Shown in pieces: positions 48,220 to 58,248 of a stretch of 64,000 nt of DNA (positions are counted from its first letter, which is position 1; every line of letters starts with the position of its first letter). The position numbers and the translations under genes are program-made. Under the pieces are notes generated by a model. That model was not told the origin of the DNA, did no database searches, and was given only the letters and a program-made list of their open reading frames with translations. Source of the DNA: Nitrospirota bacterium (lineage in GTDB: Bacteria; Nitrospirota; UBA9217). The DNA is taken from NCBI GenBank assembly GCA_963754875.1, contig CAVWHO010000015.1, positions 138,201-202,200 on the forward strand, given 5' to 3'.

Positions 48220-51200
48220 ATGATAAAACTGAAACGAAAGTATTTCTGGTGCGCCTCTATTACGGGTTTTCTGACGATCCTGGTGATCGCCATGACCGTA
48301 GTCGTCCCGATCTACCTGAATTCCGCGGCTGTAAAAAGTAGGATCAAGACCGCGGTGGCGGAGAAGCTCGGCGGGAAAGTTTCCTATGGGAAGATCGATA
48401 TTTCTCTGTTCCCCCGGCCCCAGGCAACGATCGAAGATCTCAGCCTGGCCTATCCCCATACGTTCAGAGGCACGCTCCGGTCCCTCAGCATTGCCCCGCA
48501 GATCCTTCCCCTTCTGAGAGGCCGCGTCCAGTTCTCCAAGATACGGATCCAGGAGCCCGACTTCAGGATCATCATGCCTGTTGCGAAGCCGGACACGACA
48601 TCCGAGGCCCCAACCCTGGAGGAAGTGAAAGCGAACATCAGGTCTGTGCTCGGCTATCTGCAGATGATAGGCCCCAGACTTGTTGTCGAGATGGACAACG
48701 GGAAATTTCTCCTGAGGAGAAACCACAGGGATTTTCTGTCCCTGAAAAATGTGGCCGTTCATTTCAATGCCCCGCCCGGCGACATGCACGTCCTGGTCAA
48801 GGCCGGCACGGACCAGTGGGGAGATTTTACCCTGAGCGGAGCCTACTCCTTTACCGAAACCCAAACGGAGATCCGGGATGTGACCTTGTCCCTGGGACAC
48901 TCCAGCCTCACGAACTTTTCCGCGCTCCTCTTCTGGGACCGCAATCCGCGCATTGAAATTCGTTCCGGCAAGGCCGAGTTTGCGCTGAAGGAAATCTATA
49001 CCTGGCTCAAGTCATCAGACAGCCTGACCCCCTTTATGAAAGAGCTGTCGTCCTTAAACGGCACGCTCTCGATCACGTCCATGCAGGGACGGGGGTTGAT
49101 CTCCGAGCCCGAGAAATGGCGTCTGCGGCTGATTGGCGAAGCTCGTCATATCGAATTCTCGTCCCCGCGGCTTCCCGCTCCCGTTATGGTCAATTACTCG
49201 TTCACCGTCGAGGACAATCTGCTGGAAATAACCGAATTGTCGGCGCGCATGGGCACGTCTTCCCTGTCTCATGTGTCCGCGCTTCTTACCGGACGGGACA
49301 ATCCCGTGCTCGAGCTCCGGAGCGGCAACGCGGCCATCAATATCACCGAGATCTTCGGTTGGCGCACCTGGCATCCGGCATTGGAGCATCTTCTCGAAGG
49401 AGTGGACACCCTGGCCGGAAAGTTCACCCTGACCGCGCTTAGGATCAACGGGCACCTGTACCGGCCCGAGACATGGAGGATCATGGCCAGCGGCGTGCTG
49501 GATCGCATCGTCTTTCATGCGCCGATACTTCCTGGCCAGATCAGCCTGGTGCAAGGAACGTTCAGCTATGTTCCCGACAAACTGTCTTTCAGCCTGAAGC
49601 AAGCCTCGATCCTCGACTCGACCATAACCGGCACCGCCGTGGTGAGCAACATCACCACGACCGTGAGCGACGTGGACCTGACGCTGAACGGCAGTTCAGG
49701 CAGAAAGACCGTTGACTGGGCCTTTGAGAACCTCAAACTGCCCCCCGAGCTCATGGTCAAGACCCCCCTTGCTCTTTCCGATGCCCATCTGGTCTGGCAG
49801 CGGAAAAAAGGCGTCTCCTTTTCCGGGACCGCGTCCGTAGCAAAGGGACCGAAGTTCGACCTGGACCTCTCCCAGCAGGGCACGGATCTGGCGGTCCATA
49901 AACTCACGATCAGGGACCAGGAAACAAAGGCGTCGTTCACCCTGAACTGGCAGAAGCAGGCGGCGGACTTCTCCTTCTCCGGTCTTCTCGCGGAAACAAC
50001 CTTGAGCAGGATATTCGAGCAGGGAACCTTCGGGAGCGGGACCATGCAGGGCGACCTTCATTCCAAGGTCCGCACTGACGAGCCGCTCAAGTCGCGGATA
50101 CGGGGAAGCCTTACAGGCAGCGATCTGTTCATTCCCTGGGGAATGCCGATCCCGACCACGGTGAACAAGTTCGTTCTCCACGCCGAGGACGACGTGCTCA
50201 CCGTCGACTCCGCGGACGTGACCTGGGGCAAGAATCATCTCTTCCTGACCGGGGCCGCGACCACGTCGGACGAGGGACTTGCCTTCGAGCATGACGCTCA
50301 CTGCAGACGGCATTGATATCCAGACGATCCAGCAGGCCCTGAAGCAGTCAGACAAGAAAACCGCACCTGTCCCCCCGACCGAAGAGAAAGAGAAGGTGAG
50401 GTCGTTCCCCCTGCCGCCCTATCGGGGCTGACTTCACCGCCTACTCGACGTACGTCAAGTTCGGACGCTTTACCCTGGCGCCCGCGCACGCCGTCATGAC
50501 CGTGGAGCCCGGCAAGGTGGGCATGGAGTTCAACAATACGAAGACGTGCGGAGTTTCTTTGGCAGGCGCGGTCCTCATGTCCGGGGCAACCATGTCGTTC
50601 ACCTTTACGCCCTCGGCAAAGGCGGAGCCCCTGGAGCCGACCATCGACTGCCTGACCGGCAAGGAACTGCACATAACCGGCGACTATGACCTGACTGCGG
50701 ATATTCAGTCCCACGGAACAGGCACGGACATGCTTTCCGCCCTGGAAGGCCGGGTGGATTTCAAGGCGCGGAAGGGAAAGATCTATCAATACCCGACGCT
50801 CGCAGAAAGTACTGTCCGTTCTGAGCGTGCTCGAGATCTTCCGCGGGCGGATCCCGGACATCGGGGGAAACGGCTTCCCCTACAACTCCATGGCGCTCCG
50901 GGGAGACATTCACAAGGGCGTATTCACGATCGAAAAGGCCTACATCGGCGGGCAGTCGCTGGACATCATTGCGGAGGGAGAGGTCGATCTGGGGAAACAG
51001 AAGATCGACGTGGTCGTGCTCGTGGCGCCGTTCTCGACGATCAACTGGCTCATCAGGCACACGCCGCTCCTCGGCACGATCATGGGAGGCACGCTCATCT
51101 CGATCCCGACCCGCGTGTCCGGCGATCTGACCAATCCTGACGTGGTCATTCTCTCCCCCACGGCCGTGGGGGGGAGAATAGTGAATCTTCTGAAAAATAT

Positions 51201-51261
51201 CGTCACACTACCTGTTGAAATCATCTCGCCGATCTTGCCGAAGGAGGAGAAGAAGAAGTGA
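48220..51261 (+). CDS. Large AsmA-like envelope protein (apparent frameshifts at 50290-50810)
   Basis: N-terminal TM and AsmA-type start; beta-rich body; C-terminal ..TINWLIRHTPLLG..GG..ISIP.RVSG.L.NP; pieces 48220-50316, 50496-~50805 and 50827-51261. Confidence 0.75.
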
Positions 51262-51291
51262 TGCGCAGAAGACTTGAGGAGGGCTTGAGAG

Positions 51292-51531
51292 TCAGAGCAG
51301 GTTTGCAGACTCGTCCATGACCTGCTTTGCGTAGGAAACGGTCAAAAGCTGCAGGAACCGCTTCGGGCTGATCCCGGCCCAGCGCTTGAAAAGCCGCTCG
51401 AAATGGTACTCGCTCAGGTGGACCGCCTGGGCGATTTTCTTTAGATCAGGCTGCTCGCGGAAATGTTTCTCCAGGAAGAGAATGGCCTTTTCAATGCGCT
51501 CGTAATCTTTTGCCAGTGATTCTCGGTTCAT
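51292..51531 (-). pseudogene. Truncated duplicate of the ada-like gene (first 79 codons)
   Basis: Identical to the N-terminus of the 45407-46255 protein; stops right after the repeat boundary. Confidence 0.88.
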
Positions 51532-51655
51532 GGTAAATACCTCATCTTGATGTTATCATAACGCGGTGTGTATGCCGACACAACCCGATTCTTGCTCTTT
51601 TTGGGACCACCAAAGGCTGTCATCGATGAAAGCTCCAGAAAGATTCTCGTACTTT
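51296..51655. repeat. 360-bp direct repeat, copy 2
   Basis: Appears identical to 46020-46379. Confidence 0.95.
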
Positions 51656-51762
51656 TGTTGAATTGATATTATTTCAGGCAGTGGTATCTTTTAAGCAGAA
51701 GTGTTGAGCATCAGGGGCGCACCGCGCTCAAGTGTACAATAAGGAGATGAAGACATGAAAAT

Positions 51763-52322
51763 AAGTGAATTACCCCGCAGCAGAGCTGCGGGGCATCCTA
51801 AATGCGCTAGAACCTAAAGCCAACTTGCTCATCATGCTGATACCGAATATACTTTCTTATAACTTCTGCCGTTACTTTGTCGCCAACCGAACGGACAAAG
51901 TAGCCGTCATTCCAGAGTTCTCCTCCCCAAAGTTTTTTCTTTATCTCGGGGAATTCTCGAAACATCATCTTTGCCGATATGCTTTTGATTATCTGTACTA
52001 CCCTCGCTGGAGCATACTTCGGTGGCACAACCAAAAACAAATGCACATGATCATCCATTGCTTCCATCGTATCTATTTCAAATTCATATCGCTCTGCGAT
52101 CTCACGAAATATCTCTTTCAGTCTCGTCGTCATTCGATCGCTGAACAGCTTCCTTCGATATTTTGGTATCCATACAAAATGGTACTTCAGATCATAGACG
52201 CTATGTTTGCTTCTTCTCAATGGGCTCATGGCCCGTATTGTAACAGATTCTCATCCTGACTTCGTCAGGATATCCTTTTCATCCCAGCAGCAGAGCTGCT
52301 GGGTATTTCAGGATGTTTTTAT
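51763..52322 (-). mobile_element. IS200/IS605-family element (tnpA only)
   Basis: Sub-terminal hairpins CCCCGCAGC-AGA-GCTGCGGGG and CCCAGCAGC-AGA-GCTGCTGGG flank tnpA. Confidence 0.88.
51807..52229 (-). CDS. tnpA: IS200-family HUH (Y1) transposase TnpA
   Basis: YHFVWIPKYRR, DHVHL (HUH), KSISA, LW..GYFV, YIRYQ. Confidence 0.96.
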   Translation of the reverse strand: MSPLRRSKHSVYDLKYHFVWIPKYRRKLFSDRMTTRLKEIFREIAERYEFEIDTMEAMDDHVHLFLVVPPKYAPARVVQIIKSISAKMMFREFPEIKKKLWGGELWNDGYFVRSVGDKVTAEVIRKYIRYQHDEQVGFRF

Positions 52323-53012
52323 AAAATTGGTATCGTCGGATCAGGCAGTATCGGGGGAACGCTTGGAATTCTGCTCGCAAAGGCAGGTTACGAGATCTTC
52401 TATAGTTCAAGACATCCCGGTACTCTCAAAGACCTCGTCAGGATTGCCGGGGCCAAAGCCCGCGCCGGGACCGTGGCCGAAGCAATCGCATTTGGAGAGG
52501 TGATCGTGCTGTCAGTTCCCTTGAAGGCCATACCGGAGCTTGACGCTGAAACAAAGGAGTCCCTGAAGAGCAAGATTGTGATTGACACGTCGAATCCTTA
52601 TCCTCAGAGAGACGGGACGATTGCAGAAGAGGCAAGGAAAGAACCGGGTGGCATGGGCACTTTTGTGGCCCGTCTTCTACCGGGCGCAAGGATAGTAAGG
52701 GCGTTCAATACGGTTTATTCTGAAGACCTCAAGAAAACAGTGAACAACAAGGGTGAAAAAATCGGGATTCCGATAGCCGCCGACGACGAGGAAGGATTGA
52801 AAGCCACCGCTGAGCTCGTGGAGCAGGCGGGTCTTGACCCTGTTGTCGTAGGAGGCTTGAGCACATCGAAATTGTTCGATGTGGGAGCAGCTGTGTATGC
52901 AACGAGCGCCCCGGCAAGAGAGATCAGGGAAAAATTAAACTTAAAACCTGCCGGGTCAAGGCGTGCGGCTTAGTCGGATCGAGAAGAGGGATTATTCAAC
53001 AGGAGGTTGGCT

Positions 53013-53219
53013 ATGGAGACACTTTCTCAAAAATGCGTGGATATCAATGCGGTCGGTTCATTCTGCGACTGCATCGCCGGCGAGGAACCCGTGGATCCGG
53101 CGGCAGAGGCATTCTGCAACCGGGCGAAGTCCGATAAAAACATCACTGGCGAGGATCTGGCCGAGTTGAAAATGGCGTTGATAGATCTGGAAGATGATGC
53201 ATGCTGCTGCGACTGCTAG
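53013..53219 (+). CDS. Small acidic cysteine-rich hypothetical protein
   Basis: RBS AGGAGG; 68 aa with 8 Cys; ends ACCCDC. Confidence 0.65.
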   Translation: METLSQKCVDINAVGSFCDCIAGEEPVDPAAEAFCNRAKSDKNITGEDLAELKMALIDLEDDACCCDC

Positions 53220-53412
53220 GAAAGAGGGCTGCGGCTTCACCCCAGGGCGGCACGGAAAAACCGACAGGATGTCAAGAAAGCAGACCGGACCCTCAGATGC
53301 TAAACTGGCAAAGTCTAACATTAAAGGCCTGCCCCCTCAGATGTTTGCGTGCTGCAGAACCTGAGGAGAAAGAAGGTACGGACTGAGGGTGAGGTGCAGC
53401 TGTGGTTGGACC

Positions 53413-53547
53413 CTATACGCCTCTGCTTTTTACCTCAAAGGAGCTTTTCTGCTGCTTGTCCTTCTGCTGCTGCACTTCATGTACATGCTTCATTGTTTTC
53501 TGCTTCTGGCTCTTTTCCTTGCCCTTCCTGCCGCCCTTGTCTCCCAT
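53413..53547 (-). CDS. Small K/Q-rich protein (44 aa), not in the ORF track
   Basis: MGDKGGRKGKEKSQKQKTMKHVHEVQQQKDKQQKSSFEVKSRGV; RBS AAGGAG. Confidence 0.65.
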   Translation of the reverse strand: MGDKGGRKGKEKSQKQKTMKHVHEVQQQKDKQQKSSFEVKSRGV

Positions 53548-54078
53548 TGCGCGTCTCCTTTTTCTACCTGAATAGTGTGCATTTGATTATTATACCATTT
53601 ATTTTTCTTGTCAGGGGCACAGGAGAGATCGGGAGGGGATGATATTGTTATAAAAGGGAAAGAGGTAAATGAGGGTTTCTACTTCTCGATCCTGGACATG
53701 CATGCCAAACATTAACGGGCTGTTGCCCAAATCATATTGAGAAAGCCGCTAAGTAATGCTATATTGCTGCGACGTTAATCATGACATGAGGATTCGATAG
53801 CCATGATGGGATCGCAGCAACCGCTTCAAATTTGACTTCGCCTATGGAACGCATGCGCGAATAGGTCGTTCAGCCAATGCACGATACGACATCAAAAAGC
53901 GTCAGCCCCCGGTCATGGATAAGGATGCGTTCCTGGTCAAGGGATGCCATACTTCTATTATAATTCGGGATTGCGTTCCCGGGGGCGGAAAGGATTGAGA
54001 GGCAGACTGGAAAAGGGCGGGGAGAAAGGGAGGAAATTAAAAAAAGGAACAGTCAAACAGTATAGACCTGACAATATG

Positions 54079-54384
54079 CTATTCTATGTGTGCTTTTGCC
54101 GTTTGGAGAGCAATATCTTTATCCTTGGTAAACAGCCTCCACTTCATGTTTGATGAATGAATACCTGCTCTCTTGTCTTGACCTCTGCAGTAATACCAGT
54201 GTCCAAAGCGTTCGACCGTAGAAAAGGGATGATTGCCTGTACAGAGAATCCCGCAAGGTTTGATCTCTTTAAAAAAAATCGTTTCCTCCGGGACTTCATC
54301 ATAAGACATATCCGCCGGCAAGATGATTTGAGATACATCCACGTTCTCTGCTTCCTTTTCATCAAGCCAATCTGAAATTTTCAT
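54079..54384 (-). CDS. Hypothetical protein (101 aa)
   Basis: RBS AGGAG; plausible protein composition; no family recognised. Confidence 0.7.
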   Translation of the reverse strand: MKISDWLDEKEAENVDVSQIILPADMSYDEVPEETIFFKEIKPCGILCTGNHPFSTVERFGHWYYCRGQDKRAGIHSSNMKWRLFTKDKDIALQTAKAHIE

Positions 54385-54482
54385 TTGATTTTTATCTCCT
54401 GCAGAAACCTACGCCTGTGATCGAATCAACCGCTCGTAATAAGGGAAAGAGAGAGGATGTTCCGGCCCCGAGACGCTCTAGT

Positions 54483-54515
54483 AAAAAAGGCCGCTAAGTT
54501 TAACTCAGCGGCCTT
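54483..54515 (-). terminator. Intrinsic terminator
   Basis: AAAAAAGGCCGCT-loop-AGCGGCCTT downstream of the 54545-54898 gene. Confidence 0.75.
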
Positions 54516-54544
54516 CGGCTTGTAACGTTCCGGGTAACCCAATA

Positions 54545-54898
54545 TCAGATAAGACCGCCGGAGAAGAAAATGCTCTCGAACGTACGATTCAATGTCTTGC
54601 TCGTGAAATTTTTCATCTCCATGCCGGGCTGACACTTCACTTCCTGCCCGACCTTGACTGCCGTAGCCGGTATGGCGACCCAGGTCTTCTTCCCGCTATT
54701 CTCAAGGCAGACATAGGTATAGCCGCCGGAGTTCATCGTTTCCACCACTTTCCCGGAAAGAGGAAATGCTGCTGGCATGGGTGCACCAGGCTGCATCTGA
54801 GCTGCAGGTGCAGGGGCAGCGGCTTCTTTCTTAGTACACCCGCTTGCGATGACCAAAAACATAACGCATACTGCAAAAACCAGTGTAGACCGTTTCAT
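54545..54898 (-). CDS. Lipoprotein with NrfJ-like GKVVETMNSGGYTY domain
   Basis: Lipobox ASGC; GKVVETMNSGGYTYV..KTWVA..MKNFTSKTLNRTFESIFF. Confidence 0.75.
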   Translation of the reverse strand: MKRSTLVFAVCVMFLVIASGCTKKEAAAPAPAAQMQPGAPMPAAFPLSGKVVETMNSGGYTYVCLENSGKKTWVAIPATAVKVGQEVKCQPGMEMKNFTSKTLNRTFESIFFSGGLI

Positions 54899-55475
54899 TA
54901 TCAATCTCCTTTTTTGTTAGTACCGGAGCACTCAATCAGCTGAATGAGATAAGCGGTACGAAAATTTTAACGGTGTAAATTTTACTGTTTTTGTCGTGAA
55001 CATGCAAGCCCGTTTTTTTGTACTTTACACATTTTACACTGAATTGCACTTTGTTACTTTGGTGCTATGCGAAGTGAATCTCAGGGAAAAACTGAAAGTC
55101 AAACATTAGAGACCTGGCGCTATGGTTTGATCAGTTCGCCAATGGCCCGTATCTGCAAATCGCGGTCCTTCTTCGGACAATTCTTGCCTTGACAGGAGAA
55201 GTGAAAGGGAGAGAAAACGGTCTTGTGATTGGAATGAAATAAAACCGGCGGCGGACCATACCCGGGTGTCGGCTCGTCATGCAAAACAAACCTGATAGAA
55301 CCTGATAGGGTCTACTTTCTTGCCATTCAAGTCACTTCAAATAATTAAGTAGTAAACCCCTTGGGGGGGCCGGTCTTTAATGTTGATATTCTGCCAGCTT
55401 TTAAAGTAAGAAGCATGAAGTAAAAAATAATAAGACAAAATTTTCTGCCTTTCTAATTCTTCCTTCCTACTTGTT

Positions 55476-55820
55476 TCAATGATATCCTTGCTCTCCGAAG
55501 GGTTTGAGCTTCTCCAGCCACATCGTCTCGAGCGCTTTCAAGTCATCTAGGTAGTCGTACGCAGGATCGTCAACGGGCTTCAGTTCGTCGAGGACCTCGA
55601 CAACGAAGTTCTGCTCTCCCATCTCCTTCCAGTCTTTTGCCAGGCCGGGGCTGGGGAGAAAGGTCCCCATCTTGAGCTGAAACCGTATGCTGTTGATCGT
55701 CCCCGCGGTATTGGCGCTTGCCGTAAGGTAAACGCGGCCGTTCTTGAGGTTCTTGACCTGCACGATCCCCATCGGATGGATGGTTTTTTTGTATTCCTTG
55801 ATCATTTCTCTGCGATTCAT
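55476..55820 (-). CDS. Small GIY-YIG-like protein
   Basis: MGIVQVKN..NGRVY; L.KDW..GE.NF..EVLDEL; LE.MW.EKL. Confidence 0.7.
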   Translation of the reverse strand: MNRREMIKEYKKTIHPMGIVQVKNLKNGRVYLTASANTAGTINSIRFQLKMGTFLPSPGLAKDWKEMGEQNFVVEVLDELKPVDDPAYDYLDDLKALETMWLEKLKPFGEQGYH

Positions 55821-55881
55821 TATTGTTTCCTTAACGTCCCCTTGGGGTCAGATCGTGCAGATTGCTACTGCAAATTATTGT

Positions 55882-55913
55882 AAACTTTACTCCAGAGATT
55901 GGGAAATGTCCAG
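55882..55913 (-). promoter_or_regulatory. Repeated promoter module, diverged copy
   Basis: TGGACA-N17-TAAAGT upstream of the GIY-YIG-like gene; similar to the copies at 57407 and 58030. Confidence 0.55.
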
Positions 55914-56099
55914 AAAAAGAGATAGACCTCTGACGCTTTACAGGAGAAGTCCAAACAGATATAATTCATACTGCTTAAATCGAAAGACAAAGCATCTCGC
56001 GCAAGGTCGCGTTCAACCTTCGACACGCTCAGGACGAACGGAGAAGAACGCGGACAGACCGTGCGCTGAAATTTGAATTGGACGACAGGGTGAACCGAT

Positions 56100-56585
56100 A
56101 TGAAAGTGGAGATCTCTAAGGAAGAATATCTTGAGCTGCTGGACATGGTCCATATTGCAAGCTGGGTCCTGGTGTTCCACAAAACCGAGCCGGACCCGCG
56201 TATAGATAGATACGACAGGATCACGCAGAAGCTCTACGCCCTGGCAAAGGACATGGGCTATGCGGGCCTGATCAATTATGATCCTCGGAGCAAGAAATAC
56301 CGCCCGTCGAAAACATTGGAAGAGACGACCGACACCTGGCAACTCATCGACGAGTTCGTTGACCGCTCCTTTTGGGACGAGCTCGTCATCCGGTTCACGG
56401 AGCGGGACGCGGCCCGCAAGGCAGGGAGCTACGAGCAGCTGGACCAGTTGAGCCACGAAGAACGGCACGCGCTGGAGGACCCCATCGAAGAGAAGTATTC
56501 AAAGGAGTTCGACGACAACGGCATCGAGCATTTGGAAATCGAGGAGCACTACGGCAGTTCAACGCCCGTAGTGACGCACGACTGA
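56100..56585 (+). CDS. Acidic hypothetical protein (161 aa)
   Basis: Open frame with host-like codon usage; no family recognised. Confidence 0.75.
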   Translation: MKVEISKEEYLELLDMVHIASWVLVFHKTEPDPRIDRYDRITQKLYALAKDMGYAGLINYDPRSKKYRPSKTLEETTDTWQLIDEFVDRSFWDELVIRFTERDAARKAGSYEQLDQLSHEERHALEDPIEEKYSKEFDDNGIEHLEIEEHYGSSTPVVTHD

Positions 56586-56608
56586 AAGGTTCAGTGAAGA
56601 AAGGAAAC

Positions 56609-56649
56609 CTTGGGGTCAAAGGAAACTTTGGGGTCTTTACTCTTGACAT
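56609..56649. repeat. GGGGTCAGGTCTTTACTCTTGACA-type intergenic repeat (same family as the IS110 target)
   Basis: GGTCTTTACTCTTGACAT is the exact reverse complement of 46447-46464, which flanks the IS. Confidence 0.75.
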
Positions 56650-56689
56650 CCCTGTGCGCAGCTTAGTATGAGTTCCTCGTCGAGAAAGG

Positions 56690-57358
56690 TTAAAAGCCGG
56701 CAAATTTGACAACCTCTTCGAGCTTTCTCCTTCCACTTCTGAACTTGTTCTGCGGGCTGTCAGGATCGGGATGGCCAAGAGCGATGCCGATGACGATCGC
56801 GAAGGTGTCGGGGATGCCCAGTTCCTTCCGGAGGATGTCGGGATGGGCTGCGAGCGTGACTGCCACGGCCGACCCGATCCCCTGCTCTTCTGCCGAGAGC
56901 ATGATGCTCTGGCTCAGGGCGCCGAGATCGAACATCGACCACGGCGTGAGGCAGCGGTCCATGCAGAGGTAAACAACCACGGGCGCGCCAAAGAGCTTGT
57001 AGTTCATCTGCATGAGGTCCGGGATGGCCTTGGGGTCATGGCACACCTGTTCCAACGCCTCCGTGCGCCCGCTCTTCAGCGCTTCCATGCGCACCCGGCA
57101 CGCGTCGGGCCACTCCTTGGGCATGGTGATGTCCGGGTTCCGGGGAACGCAGTTCTTGAGCATCTCGGCATAGCCTTTGCGGACCCGCTCGAGAGGCTCG
57201 CCTGCAGCGACAAAAATCTCCCAGGGCTGGGTATTGGCCCACGACGGCGCAAAGAGCGTTGGCTCAAGGATCTTCTTGATCAGGTCGCGGGAAATCGGGC
57301 CCGGCTTGAAGGCACGGGTGGTACATCGTGTTTTTAAGGCAGCGCTGACTGTGGACAT
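56690..57358 (-). CDS. Nitroreductase family protein
   Basis: R.TTRAF, APSWANTQPW, FDLG..SQSIML.A..QGIG. Confidence 0.92.
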   Translation of the reverse strand: MSTVSAALKTRCTTRAFKPGPISRDLIKKILEPTLFAPSWANTQPWEIFVAAGEPLERVRKGYAEMLKNCVPRNPDITMPKEWPDACRVRMEALKSGRTEALEQVCHDPKAIPDLMQMNYKLFGAPVVVYLCMDRCLTPWSMFDLGALSQSIMLSAEEQGIGSAVAVTLAAHPDILRKELGIPDTFAIVIGIALGHPDPDSPQNKFRSGRRKLEEVVKFAGF

Positions 57359-57406
57359 GGTTACCTCGCTCGTAAATGACGGGAATCTGGAAGGCGGCTG
57401 TGCAAT

Positions 57407-57470
57407 TTTAAAAACTTTACTACAAGTACCCGGGAAAGTCCAGCGCGATTCAAAAGCGGAATGGAGGATC
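57407..57470 (-). repeat. Repeated promoter-bearing module upstream of the nitroreductase gene
   Basis: AAAACTTTACTACAAGTACCCGGGAAAGTCCAGC; minus strand TGGACT-N17-TAAAGT. Confidence 0.8.
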
Positions 57471-57491
57471 AGGTGACAGATGGCAGGCGAT

Positions 57492-57746
57492 TTATTTCAG
57501 CAATTTATCGTAATCGGCATGCGTTCCTATCCAGAACAACAGAAGCCCCTCTTCGACTTCAACGGCAAGGGCGCGGTGTCTCATGTCGACTCGCACGGAC
57601 CAGTACTTGCCTGTTTTCTTGATATGGAGGGATGGATGCCTCGGATCCTCTTTCAGGAGGGAGAGATTCTTGTCAGCCAGAGTTTGAATCTGTTCAGGAA
57701 GTTGGTCGTAACACTCCCAGAAAGAAGGGCCGGCAAGGTGCTTCAT
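57492..57746 (-). CDS. RelE/ParE-like type II toxin
   Basis: MKHLAGPSFWECY..DPRHPSLH.KK..WSVRV...HRAL..WIGTHADYD; ATGA overlap with the upstream gene. Confidence 0.85.
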   Translation of the reverse strand: MKHLAGPSFWECYDQLPEQIQTLADKNLSLLKEDPRHPSLHIKKTGKYWSVRVDMRHRALAVEVEEGLLLFWIGTHADYDKLLK

Positions 57747-57943
57747 AACGGTTTTGCTTTTCCTTTTCGATAATCTCCCAGCGCCTTTTCCGCGACTGGG
57801 TCGAGCTTCCCGGACTGCGCGTCCTCCTCGATCTGACGGTCCCACCACGCGGCATCGAACGACTCGAACCATGACCGGAATTCCGCGAGCTGTTCCAGAG
57901 ACAAGCCGGTGATGGCTTTTTCCAGTTCTTTGACCGTGATCAT
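57743..57943 (-). CDS. Cognate antitoxin (66 aa)
   Basis: ELEKAI..LS..QL..FR.WF...WDRQIEED..SGKLD; upstream of and overlapping the toxin; RBS GAGGTG. Confidence 0.8.
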   Translation of the reverse strand: MITVKELEKAITGLSLEQLAEFRSWFESFDAAWWDRQIEEDAQSGKLDPVAEKALGDYRKGKAKPL

Positions 57944-58029
57944 TTGCTCACCTCTTTTATTTGGACATCTTTTCCCTGCACGCCGTCGTCGTTTCGATTA
58001 AATCGTACCACTCTTCATCCCCTCAGTTC

Positions 58030-58100
58030 TTTGAAAACTTTACTACAAGTACTCAGGAAAGTCCAGCCTGTTTCAAATGCAGAACGGGGAGTGCAGGATC
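58030..58100 (-). repeat. Repeated promoter-bearing module upstream of the TA operon
   Basis: AAAACTTTACTACAAGTACTCAGGAAAGTCCAGC; near-identical to the 57407 copy. Confidence 0.8.
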
Positions 58101-58176
58101 AAATCTTTTCTTGCTTGATGGGCAGTGGTCGGACGCAGGCTTGTTCAAAGGAAGACGACGTGAGGCAGCACAAATG

Positions 58177-58248
58177 AAAAAGCCCCTTTTCTCAAGGGGC
58201 GTATGCACTGTTGGACTTCGTGAGATTATTGAATGGTGGTCCCAACGG
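58177..58248 (-). other. Putative island attachment site: tRNA 3'-end-like fragment plus terminator
   Basis: Minus strand CCGTTGGGACCACCA (58234-58248) followed by GCCCCTTGAGAAAAGGGGCTTTTT; sequence to the right is more AT-rich. Confidence 0.55.

Larger units (their letters stand above)
51755..52973 (+). pseudogene. NADPH-dependent F420-reductase-family oxidoreductase interrupted by IS200
   Basis: RBS AAGGAG and ATGAAAAT at 51755; the rest (KIGIVGSGSIGG..IDTSNP..VRAFNT) resumes at 52323. Confidence 0.85.

Noticed and set aside
51765..52259. 164-aa plus-strand ORF starting MNYPAAELRG
   Set aside because: Antisense to IS200 tnpA and begins in the terminal hairpin; spurious.
55882..58100. CRISPR array from the repeated ~35-bp motifs
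   Set aside because: Copies are 0.6-1.5 kb apart and separated by whole genes; no regular spacers and no cas genes.
58234..58248. Intact tRNA gene
   Set aside because: Only a 3'-end-like 15-mer is present; no T-loop GTTCGA or cloverleaf adjacent.
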